This document shows, in pieces, positions 41,341-53,279 of a stretch of 64,000 nucleotides of DNA. This stretch comes from the human T2T-CHM13v2.0 reference genome, Homo sapiens, in assembly GCA_009914755.4 (NCBI GenBank), contig CP086569.2, forward strand, positions 15,840,001 to 15,904,000. The letters are read 5' to 3'. How positions within the stretch are numbered: position 1 is the first letter of the stretch; the number at the start of each line of letters is the position of its first letter. The translations under genes and the position numbers were made by a program. Below the pieces are notes generated by a model that was given only the letters and a program-made list of their open reading frames with translations, had not been told where the DNA came from and made no database searches.

Positions 41341-42590
41341 ACATGGGATTTTTTGACATAAACACACAATGTGTCAGGATTAAATTGGGGTAATTGTGGT
41401 ATCCCTGAACCCAGAATTTACTATTTCTTTGTATTCAGAAAATTTTAAGTTCATTGTATTAGTGAGAGTTCTCTAGAAGAACATATATATGTGTATATAT
41501 GTGTGTCTGTATATATATACACACACATATATATACACATATATACACATATGTGTGTATATATACATACATATGTGTGTATACATACATACATATGTGT
41601 ATATACATACATATGTGTGTGTATATACATACATATATGTGTGTATATATACATACAAATATGTGTGTATATATGTGTATATATAGATATATAGATATCT
41701 ATATAGATATATAGATATACACACACACATATATATATAGAGAGAGAGAGAAAGAGAGAGAGGCAAGTTTATTACCTCTTTACTCGCATGATCACAATGT
41801 CCCACAATAGGCCATCCCCAGGCTGAGGAGTGAGGAGAGCCAGTCCGAGCTCTAAAACTGAAGAACCTGGAGTCTGATGTTTGAGGGCAGGTAGTATCCA
41901 CCACAGGAGAAAAATATAGGCTAGGAGGCTAGGCCAGTCTCTCTTTGCATTTTTCTGCCTGCTTACATTCTAGCCTCACTGGCAGTTGATTAGATGGAGC
42001 CTAGCCAGATTAAGGGTGGGTCTGACTTTCCCAGCCCACTGACTCAAATTTTAATCTCCTTTGGCAGCAACATCACAGAAACAGCCAGGATCAATAATTT
42101 GTATCCTTCCATCTAGTCAAGTTGATACTCAGAATTAACCATCACAAGTCTACCGTTTGTCAACTTGAACCCATACAAATCTCCTGAGATTATATATAAT
42201 CTTTAAGCAAAGACAAGAATGTCATAATTACACCTAATATAATACAACTATATTTCATACAACCAGAAATGCATCAATCCCCAACCCAAATGTTATTACG
42301 TAAAGTTAACAATACTTAAATGGTGATGTGAAGTCAATAAATCTATGTCACAGGATAAAGGAGAAAGAAAATAAAATGAAGATATTTTAGTAGTACAAGT
42401 ATATACATGCACAAACATGCTTTTAACAAAAGAAAAATACGCTCATGAAAATTACAGTCCTTATTTCTGCAGCTGGTCACGTGGTCGTGGCTGGTATTGA
42501 TGAGTACCTCCTTCTATTACCAATTCTGTATTCCCTTTGCCTTCAGCAAGGACCTCAGCATGTTGTGTTCTTTTTTCCTGGTAGAGTGAC

Positions 42591-42866
42591 TCAAACCTTC
42601 ATTCCTGAAGTGTCTGTGTAATTTGTAGTTCTGCCTGTGTTGGGCTGTTGTAGTTTCCCATTGATCTTATTCACAGGGCATGGTAATGCTATGAGACACC
42701 CTAATAGGTCTCCTGTGTGCCATGGATACTCTTCCTTATCTCCATTGTAGAGTAGTAGACTGATTTCATCTTGATAGTCTGGGTCAATTACCCCGGCCAC
42801 CACAGTATGTCCTGTCTTAGCCTGTTGACTTAAAGGTTGTAGGAGCCCAAAGTGTCCAGGTGGCAA
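42591..42866 (-). pseudogene. ERVL pol-encoded dUTPase remnant
   Basis: ORF ...GHTVVAGVIDPDYQDEISLLLYNGDKEEYPWHTGDLLGCLIALPCPVNKINGK. The conserved dUTPase motif is G-x-I-D-x-D-Y-[RQ]-[GD]-E. Confidence 0.7.
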
Positions 42867-43720
42867 TCTTAACTTCCAGTTTAATGGAATTACTGTTGTG
42901 TCCCCTTTCAGGTCGTGGCAGCATTCCTCCCTCTGGAATAAAGACCTCGAGGCAAGCGGAATGTAATATCACGGGAACAGGAAGAAAAAATTTTGCTAGT
43001 GGGTCACTAGACGTGAAGGTGAATGATGACATTTCCACTTCCACCCCTTGATTCCTGGACCTGTGGATTCTGATTTTGGGAGAAAGAGTATCATATATTG
43101 GACACTGATTCAGAAGATACCCAGCCTTCTGAAGAACTTTGGCCCAGCCCTGCAAAGTATTCTCATCTATTTGACAATGTAATTGTGGCTTCAAAAGCCC
43201 ATTCCAGAATTATATTAATCCAGCTGCTTCAGGATAATGGGGAACATGGTAAGACAAGTGAATTCCATGAGCATGAGCCGACTGTCACATGTCTATGCCA
43301 TAAAGTGAATGCCTTGGTCAGAGGCCATGCTGTGTGGAATGCCGTGATAGAAGATAAAGCATTCATTGAGTCCATGGATGGTAGTCTTAGCAGAAGCATT
43401 GTGGGCCAACATATACCTGGGGTGAGTGTCTATTTCAGTGAGGACAAACTTCTGCCCTTTCTATGATGGAAGAAGTCCAATAAAATTAACCTGCCACCAG
43501 AGAACTAGCTGGTCACCCCGAGGAATTGTGCCATATCAAAGGCTCAGTGTTAGTCTCTTCTGCTAGCAAATTGGGCACACATCAGCAGCTATAGCCAGGT
43601 CAGCCTTGGGAGTCAATGTAAGTCTATGTTGTTAAGCCCATGCATAACCTCCATCCCTGCCACCATGGCCACTTTCTTCATGGACAATTGGGCAATGACA
43701 GGGGTGGCTGGGGAAAGAGG

Positions 43721-43972
43721 CTAAGTGGTGTCCACAGAACAGGTCATCCTATCCACTTGATTATTAAAATCCTCCTCTGTTGAGGTTACCCATTGCTGAG
43801 CTCTCACATGCAATACAAATAACTTCACAGTTTTTGACCACTCAGAGAGGTCCTTCCATATAGGTCTTCCCCAAGTTTCTTTGTCACCAGTTTTCCAATC
43901 ATGCTTCTTCCAAGTACCTGACCATCCAGTCAAACCATTGGCTATAGCCCATGAATCAGTATATAATAGCAC
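43721..43972 (-). pseudogene. ERVL pol RNase H-region remnant
   Basis: MLLYTDSWAIANGLTGWSGTWKKHDWKTGDKETWGRPIWKDLSEWSKTVKLFVLHVRAQQWVTSTEEDFNNQVDRMT. It shows the YTDGS-like start and the H-V-x-A-H/Q motif of retroviral RNase H. Confidence 0.6.
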
Positions 43973-45528
43973 TGCAGGCCATTTCTCATTTTATGCAAAG
44001 TGCACAAACAGGGGCAATGCTCAAGGCTCTGCCCTCTGGAAAGATTTCTCTTCAACACTGTCCTTCAGTGATGCCCTGCAGCTGTCCACTTTCAGGTTTT
44101 GCCTGCATAACATGCAGCACCATCTACAAACCAGGCCTTCATCTTCTCTTCCTCTGTCAACTGATCATAGGGAACTCCCCATGAGGCCATCAGTGCAGGC
44201 AGGGGGAGACAAGGCAGGGAGGTAGGAGTGGAGACCATGGTGATTTGAGCCACTTCCTCATGTCACTTACTTGTGCATTGATGAGCTGTTTGAGCCTGAC
44301 TATGTATATTCCACTTTCATTTGATGATAGAATGCTACTGTGCATGACTGATCCACTTTATGGCTACAAGGGTCAGAATGCACCCAGTTCATGATAGGGA
44401 GTTAAGGTCACATGGTGACTTGATCACCTATAGTCAAGTGTTCAATTTACACCAAATCCCAGTAATAGGCCAAAAGCCTTCTCTCAAAAGGAGAGTAGTT
44501 ATCTGCAGACTATGACAAGGCCTTGCTCCAAAATCTGTGGAGCCTCTCTGATTAACCTACAGGGGCCTGCCAGAGATTCCAAGGAGGATACCTGTCTGCC
44601 ACTGATATATAAAGCACCATTGGATCTGCTGGGTCGTATGGTCCAAGTGGGAGAGAAGCTTGTACATCAGCCTGGACTTATTGCAAAGTTTTCTCCTGTT
44701 CTGGACTACACTTAAAACTGGCAGCCTCTCAGGTCACTGGGTACATGTGTTGGAGTAACACACCCAAGTGGAAAAGTCTGTTGTCTCCAAAATCCATGTA
44801 GGATTTTGTAAATCCATGTAGGCTAAATCCATGTAGGCACTAGGCATTGTGCCTCTTTCTTGGTTGTAGAAGGGCCCAAAAGCAATTACTTATCTTTCAC
44901 CTTAGAAGGAATATCTTGACAGTTCCCACACCACTGGACCCCTAGAAATTTTATTGAAATAGAAGTTCCCTGAATTTTAGTCAGATTTGTTTTCCATTCT
45001 CTGGCACACAAATATCTCACCAATAACTCAAGTATGTTTACTACTTCTTACTGGATTCAATCAGCATAATATCATCAATGTAATGGGCCAGTGTAAAATC
45101 TTGTGGAAGTGAAAACTGATCAAGGTATCGCCAAATAAGATCATGACACAAAGATGAAGAAGGCGAATTGACATGCCCCTGAGTTAGAACAGTAAAGACA
45201 TATTGCTGGCCTTACCAGCTCAAGCAAATTGTTTCTAGTTGCCCTGATGGACAGAAATGGAGAAAAAGACATTTACCAAGTCAATGGCTGCATACTAGGT
45301 ACCAGAAGATGTGTTTATTTGCTGAAGCAATGAAACCACATCTTGTAGAGCAGATGCAATTGGACTCATCACTTGGCTAAGCTTATGATAATCCGCTGTC
45401 ATTCTTTAAGGTCCGTCTGTCATCTACACAAATGAGAGAGTTGAACAGGGAGGTGGTGGGAATCACCACCCCTCTGTCTTTCAAGTCCTTTATGGTGACA
45501 CTAATTTTCACAATGCCTCCAGGGATGC

Positions 45529-45559
<31 letters not shown>

Positions 45560-48500
45560 GGTGTACTATTTTTCTAGGTAAAGACAGCTCTAATGGCTTC
45601 CATTTGGCTTTTCCCACCATGATACTCTTCACCCTGCCAGTCAGGAGGCCAATGTGGGGATTCTGCCACCTGCTAATTATGTCTATGCTAATTATGCATT
45701 CTGGCACTTGGCAAATGACCACAGGATGAGACTGAGGACCCATCAGATCTACTGCAAGTTGGACCTTAGATAAAACTCCATTAATTACATAACGTAAATA
45801 CCCCCTACTTTAACTGGAGAACCACATTGTTGCTTTGGGTCCCCTGGAATCAACAACAGCTCAGAGCTAGCTTGCAGTAGTCTCTGAAATGTCTGATCAT
45901 TTCCTTTTCCCCAATGGATGGTTACCCTGTTAAAAGGCTAGAGGTCTCCTTGGAGTAGGACGGGAGGAAAATTTACAGCCTACATTGTCAGTAATGTAAT
46001 GGGGTCCTTCCTCAAGGGGACCTGGCCTCCCCTTTATTCAAGGGATTCTTGGTCTGTAAACTGGATCAAGACTGGAAATTGATGGAAGGGCTGTGATTCT
46101 CTGTTTTTATAATTCAAATGAGTCTTTTGTCCATTCGATCTAGAATTTTTCTGCTTATACAAGTTAAGTAGGAATCCAGTAATTCAGCTGTATCAAGCAG
46201 AGGAATCCAGTAATTCAGCTTCCTATCAATTTCACTTCAAGGAACACTGTGATTAATCAGCCAATGCCAGAGCTCTACCTGCATCAGACTATTCTAATTG
46301 CTGCTTTGCCTCTGCTGTCCATTACAGAAGCTTCACCCACCTTGCCTTTAATGATTGAGTGCTGCCACTTTCCCCTTACCACCGGAGGATTCAATTATTC
46401 CCATTGTATTTAAATGTTAAATTTAATTGTATTTAATTTTTAAGTTTTGTAGCTGAGTGACTGTGGTTCCCACTGTGAGATCTGTTACACAGAGAAAAGC
46501 AATTACAGGGCTCTTAAAAGATGCCGGTGCTATGCTCACAAATCTATTTCTCAAAGCATTGGTCAAGTGTATACCTTCTGAACTTTCCCAGCTGGGATGA
46601 GGAGGTCTAAAGTGAATAATTCACTCCGCCGTTCCAATCGCCCTGAACATTTTGATCTCTTCCCCTACACTAAATGAAGGGAGATCAGGCATTTCCAGCT
46701 CACACACGGTGGGCCATCTTGTAATTCATATTTCAGCTAACCAAGCAAATAAATTATTAGAACATTTTTTAACTCCCTGAGTTGAAACAGTAAATGCAGT
46801 GTCCCTACTTAGTGGGCACACATCAATAAATTCAGCCAAATCCAACTCTGCATCAGCCCTATCCAACTCTATCTTCCTTCCATTATCCCACACTCTTAAT
46901 ATCCATTCCTATGCCTGATCTCCAGATTTCTGTTTATATAAATTAGAAAACCTAAGCAGTTGTTTTTGATAGTAGGATCTCAACTTTATCTCTAGGGTTC
47001 TGCCAGGACTTTCATCTAGTTACAGGTCTAGAAGCAAACAGAGGTGTTGGGGGTGGTTCCTGGAGAAAATCAACATTCTCTTGCCTGGCAACTGCCTCAG
47101 GAGAAGCCATCATTGTTGCCTCAGGCAGTGCAGGGTTTATCTCCTTAGACAAATGTGGAAAGGCTGTCTGGAAAAAAAGATTCACCTGGGTTTGCAAACT
47201 CAGTGTCCCTAACTTCATCAGGGTCCTCCCACATGTCCCCATTCCAAGTTGAAGGGTCTCATTCTTTTCCAATCAATTCCCTCACTTTAACAACAGACAC
47301 GTTGAAAGGGGTTGTGTGCACCTTTTGTTGCAGGTCAGCCATTTGCATAATAACAGCTTCTGTCTGTTTTTCCACAATTTCAACTCTTTCCCTATGGGAG
47401 ATAAGACTCTCACACAGGTCAATCTTAGCAGACGTGGGGCTTAATATATACTTCTGAAGCTGGGAGATAGAATCCCCAAGTTCATCATTTTTTTTTTTTT
47501 GGCATTTTGTCCACTGAACTTAGGAGCAACCAATCAGCTTCGTTGTGTTCCTTGGTTCTCCACATGTGGTAAAAAGTATTATGTATAGAGTCACTAAACT
47601 CCGTCCCTCTCATGAGTGATGAATAAGTAGTGTCAAATGCATTTATTTTGCATAACTCTCAAAATAGTTCATGCCAAGGACTATCAGTGTTCTACATACA
47701 ATTAGAAGTAGGGTCCTTAGAATTTTTGGGTCTAATTATATGAAGCAACCAACTGCAGAAACCCCCAAATCAACAAAAGAATTCCATTCTTAATATTCTG
47801 TTACTCTAGAACCATTCCTAGTACAAAAATCTGAATTAGTCAGAGTTATCTAAAGGAACAGAATTAATGAGAAATATATATATATATATAAAATGTATAC
47901 ATATATGTAATATATATATAGACACACACACAGTGGAACTCTGTGTTTGTGTATATACACACATATATCTGTATATATTTGTACATATATATGTGTATAT
48001 ATATATATACACACAGACACACATAATGGAACTATACACGCACACACATATATATATATACACACACATATATGTAGAAAAAGAGAGAGGTAAAGATATT
48101 ATTATAGATAGTTTATTAACTATTAACTCATATTTTATTACGTATTAACTCACATGATCATAAGGTCCCACAATAGGCCACCTGCAGGTTATGGAGCAAG
48201 AAGAGCCAGTCTCAGTTCCAAAACTGAAGAAATTGAAGTCCAGTGTTTGAGGACAGGAAGTATCCAGTGTGAGAGAAAGATGTAGGCTGGGAGGTTAGGC
48301 CAGTCTCTCTTTTTAAAATTTTCTGCCTGCTTATATTCTGGCCACACTGGCAGGTGATTAGATTGTGTCTGCCCAGATTAAAGGTGAGTCTGCATTTCCC
48401 AGCCCACTGAATCAAGTGTTAATCTCCTTTGAGAAAACCCTCACAGACACACTCAAGATCAGTACTTGTTTCCTTCCACCCAATCAAGTTGACAATCAGC

Positions 48501-48829
48501 ATAACCATCACATCCACTTTTTAGCTATTGCAAAACATACAAAAAAAAATACTAACTATAATCATTCTATTGTGCTTCCCAATACTAGATACTATTCATT
48601 CCACCTAAACGTATTTTTTGTACTTATTAACCATCCCCACTTTATGCCCCATTGTTCTCTACACTTCCTAGCCTCTGGTAACCGTCATTTTCCTTTATAT
48701 GTCCATGACTTTAATTTTTTGACAGTTTTACCTCCCACATATTAAGGAGAACATGGAAAATTTGTCTGTCTAGCCTATGTTCTTTCACCTAACATAATGA
48801 TCTCCATCTCTATCCTTGTTGGTGTGAAT

Positions 48830-49100
48830 GACAGGATTCCATTGTTGGATACGCAGGTTGTTTCTAAATTTTGGCTATTGCAAATAGAGATGCAATAAAC
48901 ATAGGAGACAGATATCCTTTCTATATACTAATTTTCTTTCTTTTGGATGAATAACCAGTATTGGGATGGCTGGATCATAGGGTAGCTCTGTTTTTAGGTT
49001 TATGGGGAAACTCCATACTCTTCTCTGTAATGACTACACTAATTTACATTCTACCGTGGAAAGTTTTAGGTTATATTGATATTGACATTTATTTTAAGAG
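48830..49100 (-). mobile_element. Old L1 (L1M/L1P) ORF2 3'-region fragment, minus
   Basis: ttggctattgcaaatagagatgcaataaacataggagacagatatcc...ggatgaataaccagtattgggatggctggatcatagggtagctctgtttttaggtttatggggaaactccatactcttctctgtaatgactacactaatttacattctaccgtgg resembles the reverse complement of the L1 ORF2 end (ggctattgtgaatagtgctgc...tacccaga.gtgggattgctgggtcatatgg...). Confidence 0.5.
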
Positions 49101-50291
49101 AGTTAATTAGTTAATTAAATTTTAAGGTTGCTGCACAGAGATGAGCAGCTGGCATGGAATATTAGCCACAATCATCACAATCATCTCAACCTTATTATTC
49201 TCCTTCCTCTCTTTCTCCGTGTTTTTGGGAAGAGGTGATGATCTAGAGATTCTGAAGCATGGTAACATCACATAGATATTGTTTGCTTATTAGTTCTTCT
49301 GACACCTGCTCTTCAATGGAATGAGGTTGAGAGGGTAAAAAGGAAATATAATGTAGACACATTTCCCTTTTTTAAAAATGTGACTTAGATTGATGAGAGG
49401 GCGGGGTAAACTTTTTCCTATTAAAGCAAATGTTTACTAGGGTGTCGTAACAAAGTACCACACGCTGAACGTGGTTAAAAAGTAGAACTGTATTATCTCA
49501 AAGTTCTGAGGAACTTCTGGAGTTCTGACCAAAAGTCCAATATCCAGGTGTCTGCAGGACTGAGGGCTTTGAGCAAGAATCCCTCCCAAGTCTTTTTTTC
49601 TTTATTTTTTTTTTTATTTTTTTAATGTCAGGCATTTGGCTGACAATCTCTGGCATTGCTTGCCTTTTAGACACATCACCTGGATTTTTGCTTTTATTCA
49701 CATATGTTCTTCCCTCTCTGCACATGTTGGTGTCCAAATCTCCTATTTTTATAAGGACTCTAGTAATATTGCATGGTGAGGCCAGCTAGACTTCCTGCAT
49801 TAAGTGGGGACTTGGGGAAATTTCCTGTCTGACAAGAGGACTGTAAAATGCACCAATCAGGAACTTTCCTGTGTTAAAAGAGGATTGTAAAATGCACCAA
49901 TCAGTGCTCTGTAAAATGCACCAAATAGCACTCCAAAAAACGCACCAGTCAGCACTCTGTAAAACGCACCCATCAGCAAGATTCTAAAAGTAGCCCATCA
50001 CGGGGAGGATTGTAAAAAGGGCACTCTGATAGGACAGAAATTAAACATGGGCAGGGAAAATAAGGGAATAAAAGATGGCCACCCCTGCCAGCAGCAGCAA
50101 CCTGCTCAAGTCCCCTTCCAAGCTCTGGAAGATTTGCCCTTTCGCTTTTCACATTAAACCTTGCTACTACTCACTCTTTGGGTCTGTGCCATCTTTAACA
50201 GCTGTAACACTCACCACGAAGGTCTGCAGCTCCATTCTTGAGGTCAGCAATATCACGAACCTACCAGCAGAAACCAGCTCCCCACACATCT

Positions 50292-50309
50292 TGGGGACTT
50301 GTCTGGGAT
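50292..50309 (+). promoter_or_regulatory. Primer-binding site, tRNA-Pro-like, 3 nt downstream of the 5' LTR CA terminus
   Basis: tggggacttgtctgggat against the canonical PBS-Pro tgggggctcgtccgggat (15/18). It sits immediately after ...ccccacaca-tc. Confidence 0.5.
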
Positions 50310-50425
50310 ATTGCCACGTGGTGAGTACCATCAGACCCTTTTAGCTTGCTATTCTGTCCAATTTTTTCTTAGAATTCAGGGGCTAAACACCAGGCACCTG
50401 TCAGCTAGTTAAAAGTGACTAGTGC

Positions 50426-50867
<442 letters not shown>

Positions 50868-51765
50868 TCAACAGAGAGGAAAGCCATTCAGCTCTGGGTT
50901 CCCGACAAAAACTTGATTGACCCTGCAGCCATGAATGGAACTCTCAAAGTTACTTTGCCCAAGCAAGACTCACCCTTCTATCCTATCTATCCTAACCCTT
51001 GCCTCCTGAGTCCTAATGCCTGTCAGACAAACTTCTTCTCACCTCTCTTCTCTGAGACTAGTTCTGCTTCTAAAAACTACTCCCAATCCCTGGTGCTCAT
51101 CTAGTTTCTCCTATAACGATGATTTCTAATATAAATTTCAGGACTGTTCCATTCCTTAGGCACCCGAGCTCACCAATCAGAAAGACACAATTTTTGCCTG
51201 AAGCCCCATCATGAGGGGACTATCTGGAATTTTAGGATCCCTCCTAAGACTAGGAGGCCTAACAAAGGCTGTTCCTGAAGCTAGGATATGGGGAGCCTGA
51301 GAAACTATAGACTCCAAAATTAGGGGGATATTCATATAGTGAGAAGTGAGAATAAAAGACATCACTCTTCCAACCCTGGAGATCACTTCCCTCCCTCAGG
51401 GTATGGCCCTTCACTATATTTTGAGGCATATCATCTTTATAGGACAAGGGTAAGTTCCCAATACTAAGAGGAGAATGCTTCAGATTCTAACAGGTTTTCA
51501 AGAATGCATCAGTAAGGGTCACTAAGTCTGATTTTTCTTGGTCTTCTTTGTGGTCTAAGAGGAAAGGCAAGGGTGCAGGTTTTTGAGAATGTGTCAGTAA
51601 GGGCCACTAAATCTGAACTTCCTCAGTCCTTTTTGTGATCTAGGAGGAAAACTAATATTTCTGCTGCTGCTTCAGTGAGTGCAACTATTCCGATCAGCAG
51701 GGTCCAGGGGCCATTGAGGGTTGTTGGGCAGGGGAAAAAAAAATATGGGTGTTTTTTTGTTTCAG

Positions 51766-53271
51766 ATGGGAAACACTCAGGCATCAACAAGCTCAAACTT
51801 GAAATGTATCCTAAGCCATCAGGACCAATTTGACCTGCAAACCCTAAAAAGAAGCAGCTTATTTTTTTCTGCACTATGGCCTGGCCTCAATATTCTCTCT
51901 CTGATGGGGAAAAATGGGCCACTTGAGGGAAGTAAAAATTACAATACTATCCTGTAGCTTGACTTTTTCTGTAAGAGGGAAGGCAAATGGAGTGAAAAAC
52001 TTATGTCCAAGCTTTCTTTTCTTTGAAGGATAATCCATAACTATGCAAAGTTTGCAATCTACATTCAACAGGAGGAACTCTCAGCTTACCTCCATATTGT
52101 AGCCTCCCTAACAGCTCCCCTTCCTATTAATGATAAGCCTCCTCTAATCTCCCCCACACAGAAGGAAACAAGCAAAGAAATCTCCATGGTACCACAAAAC
52201 CTCCTGGGCTATGTGTTATGCCCCTTTCAAACTGTAGCAGGAGGGGAATTTGGCCCACCTGAGTACATGCCCCTTCTATCTCTCTGATTTAAGCAAATCA
52301 AGGTAGACCTTGGAAAGTTTTCAGATGATCCTGATAGGTATATTGATTTGCTTCTGTGTCTAGGGCAAACCTTCAACCTCACTTGGAGAGATGTCCTGCT
52401 GTTGTTAGATCAAACCCTGGCCTTTGAGGAAGAGAATGTGGCTTTAGCTGCATCCCAAGAGTTTGGAGATACCCGGTATCTCAATCAAGTAAGTGATCGA
52501 ATGACAGCTGAAGAAAGGAACAAATTCCCTACCAGCCAGCAAGCCATCCCCAGTATAAATCCCCACTGGGACATCAACTCAGATCATGGGGACTGGAGTG
52601 GAAACATCTGTTGACCTGTGTTCTAGAAGGACTAAGGAGAATTAGGAAAAAGCTCATGAATTATTCAGTGATGTTCACCATAACTCAGGGAAACGATGAA
52701 AATCCTACTACCTTCCTTGAGCTGCTATGGGAAGCCATAAGATAATATACTCCTTGTCACCTGACTCTCTCATGGGTCAATTGATCCTCAAAGATAAGTT
52801 TATTACCCAATCAGCCAAAGATGTCAGGAGAAAGCTCCAAAAGCGAGCCCTGGGCCCGGAATGAAATTTGGAGGCATTATTAAACCTGGCAACTTTGGTT
52901 TTCTGTTATAGGGAGCAAGAGGAACAGGCTGAAAAGGAAAAATGAGATAAGAGAAAGGCCACAGCCTTAGTCATGGCCCTTAGACAAACAAACCTTGATG
53001 GTTCAGAGAGGACAGAAAATGAAGCAGGCCAATCACCCAGTTGGGCTTCTTATCAGTGGGGTTTGCAAGGACACCTTATAAAAGATTGTCCAATGAGACA
53101 CAAGCCACCCCCTCGCCCATGCCCAGTATACTGAGGCAATCACTGGAAGCCACACTGCCCCAGAGGACAGAGGTTCTCTGGGCAAGAAGCCCTAAAACAG
53201 ATGATCCAATAACAAGACTGAGGGTGCCAGGGCAAGCGCCAGCTCACATCATCACCATTATTGAGCCCTAG
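51766..53271 (+). pseudogene. HERV gag remnant (MA ... NC zinc knuckle), with multiple stops and frameshifts
   Basis: ORF 51721..51957 contains [27 protein letters not shown] 52348..52614 reads LGQTFNLTWRDVLLLLDQTLAFEEENVALAASQEFGD. Around 53041, QWGLQGHLIKDCPMRHKPPPRPCPVY is a CCHC-type knuckle. Confidence 0.7.
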
Positions 53272-53279
53272 GTAACTTT

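Larger units (their letters stand above)
41459..48500 (-). mobile_element. HERV-L (ERVL, class III) provirus of ~7.0 kb: 3' LTR 41459-42135, internal region 42136-47835, 5' LTR 47836-48500. The LTRs are MLT2A/MT2-like. The coding region is degenerate.
   Basis: Two homologous ~670-bp repeats in the same orientation flank the internal region. Each starts on the minus strand with tgtgatggtta...tcaacttgac..., ends ...ttct.ctagagaactctcactaataca, and carries an internal TA/TG-rich low-complexity block.

The internal minus-strand ORFs lie in ERVL order:
- gag-like remnant, 47012..47272.
- PR region, 45501..45743.
- RT YIDD motif, at the reverse complement of 45071-45082.
- RNase H, 43721..43972 (YTDSWAIANGLTGWSGTWKKHDWK...VKLFVLHVRAQQW).
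- IN C-terminus, 42817..43194.
- dUTPase, 42591..42866 (VVAGVIDPDYQDEISLLLYNGDKEEY).

A dUTPase downstream of IN is the ERVL hallmark. Confidence 0.75.

Noticed and set aside
41280-41345. (TA)n microsatellite just outside the ERVL 3' LTR, considered as part of the LTR or as a TSD region
   Set aside because: LTR homology ends at ~41459 (...actaataca terminus). The (TA)n lies in the flank. I found no convincing TSD: gtgga versus atgaa at the two ends do not match.
41451-41904. Several ORFs of 65-143 aa rich in Y/I/C/V/H on both strands
   Set aside because: They are translations of the TA/TG/CA compound microsatellite inside the ERVL 3' LTR.
43098-43466. Plus-strand ORF containing QDNGEHGKTSEF, superficially like the integrase D,D(35)E core motif DNG..F
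   Set aside because: It is on the strand opposite to the ERVL pol (RT YIDD, RNase H and dUTPase are all on the minus strand). The spacing is wrong for the DNGxxF motif. It is a chance match.
47836-47880. Candidate PBS immediately internal to the ERVL 5' LTR (gatttttgtactaggaatggttc on the minus strand)
   Set aside because: It does not match the tRNA-Leu PBS expected for HERV-L (TGG start absent). It is either too degraded or I have misplaced the LTR end by a few bases. It is not reported as a feature.
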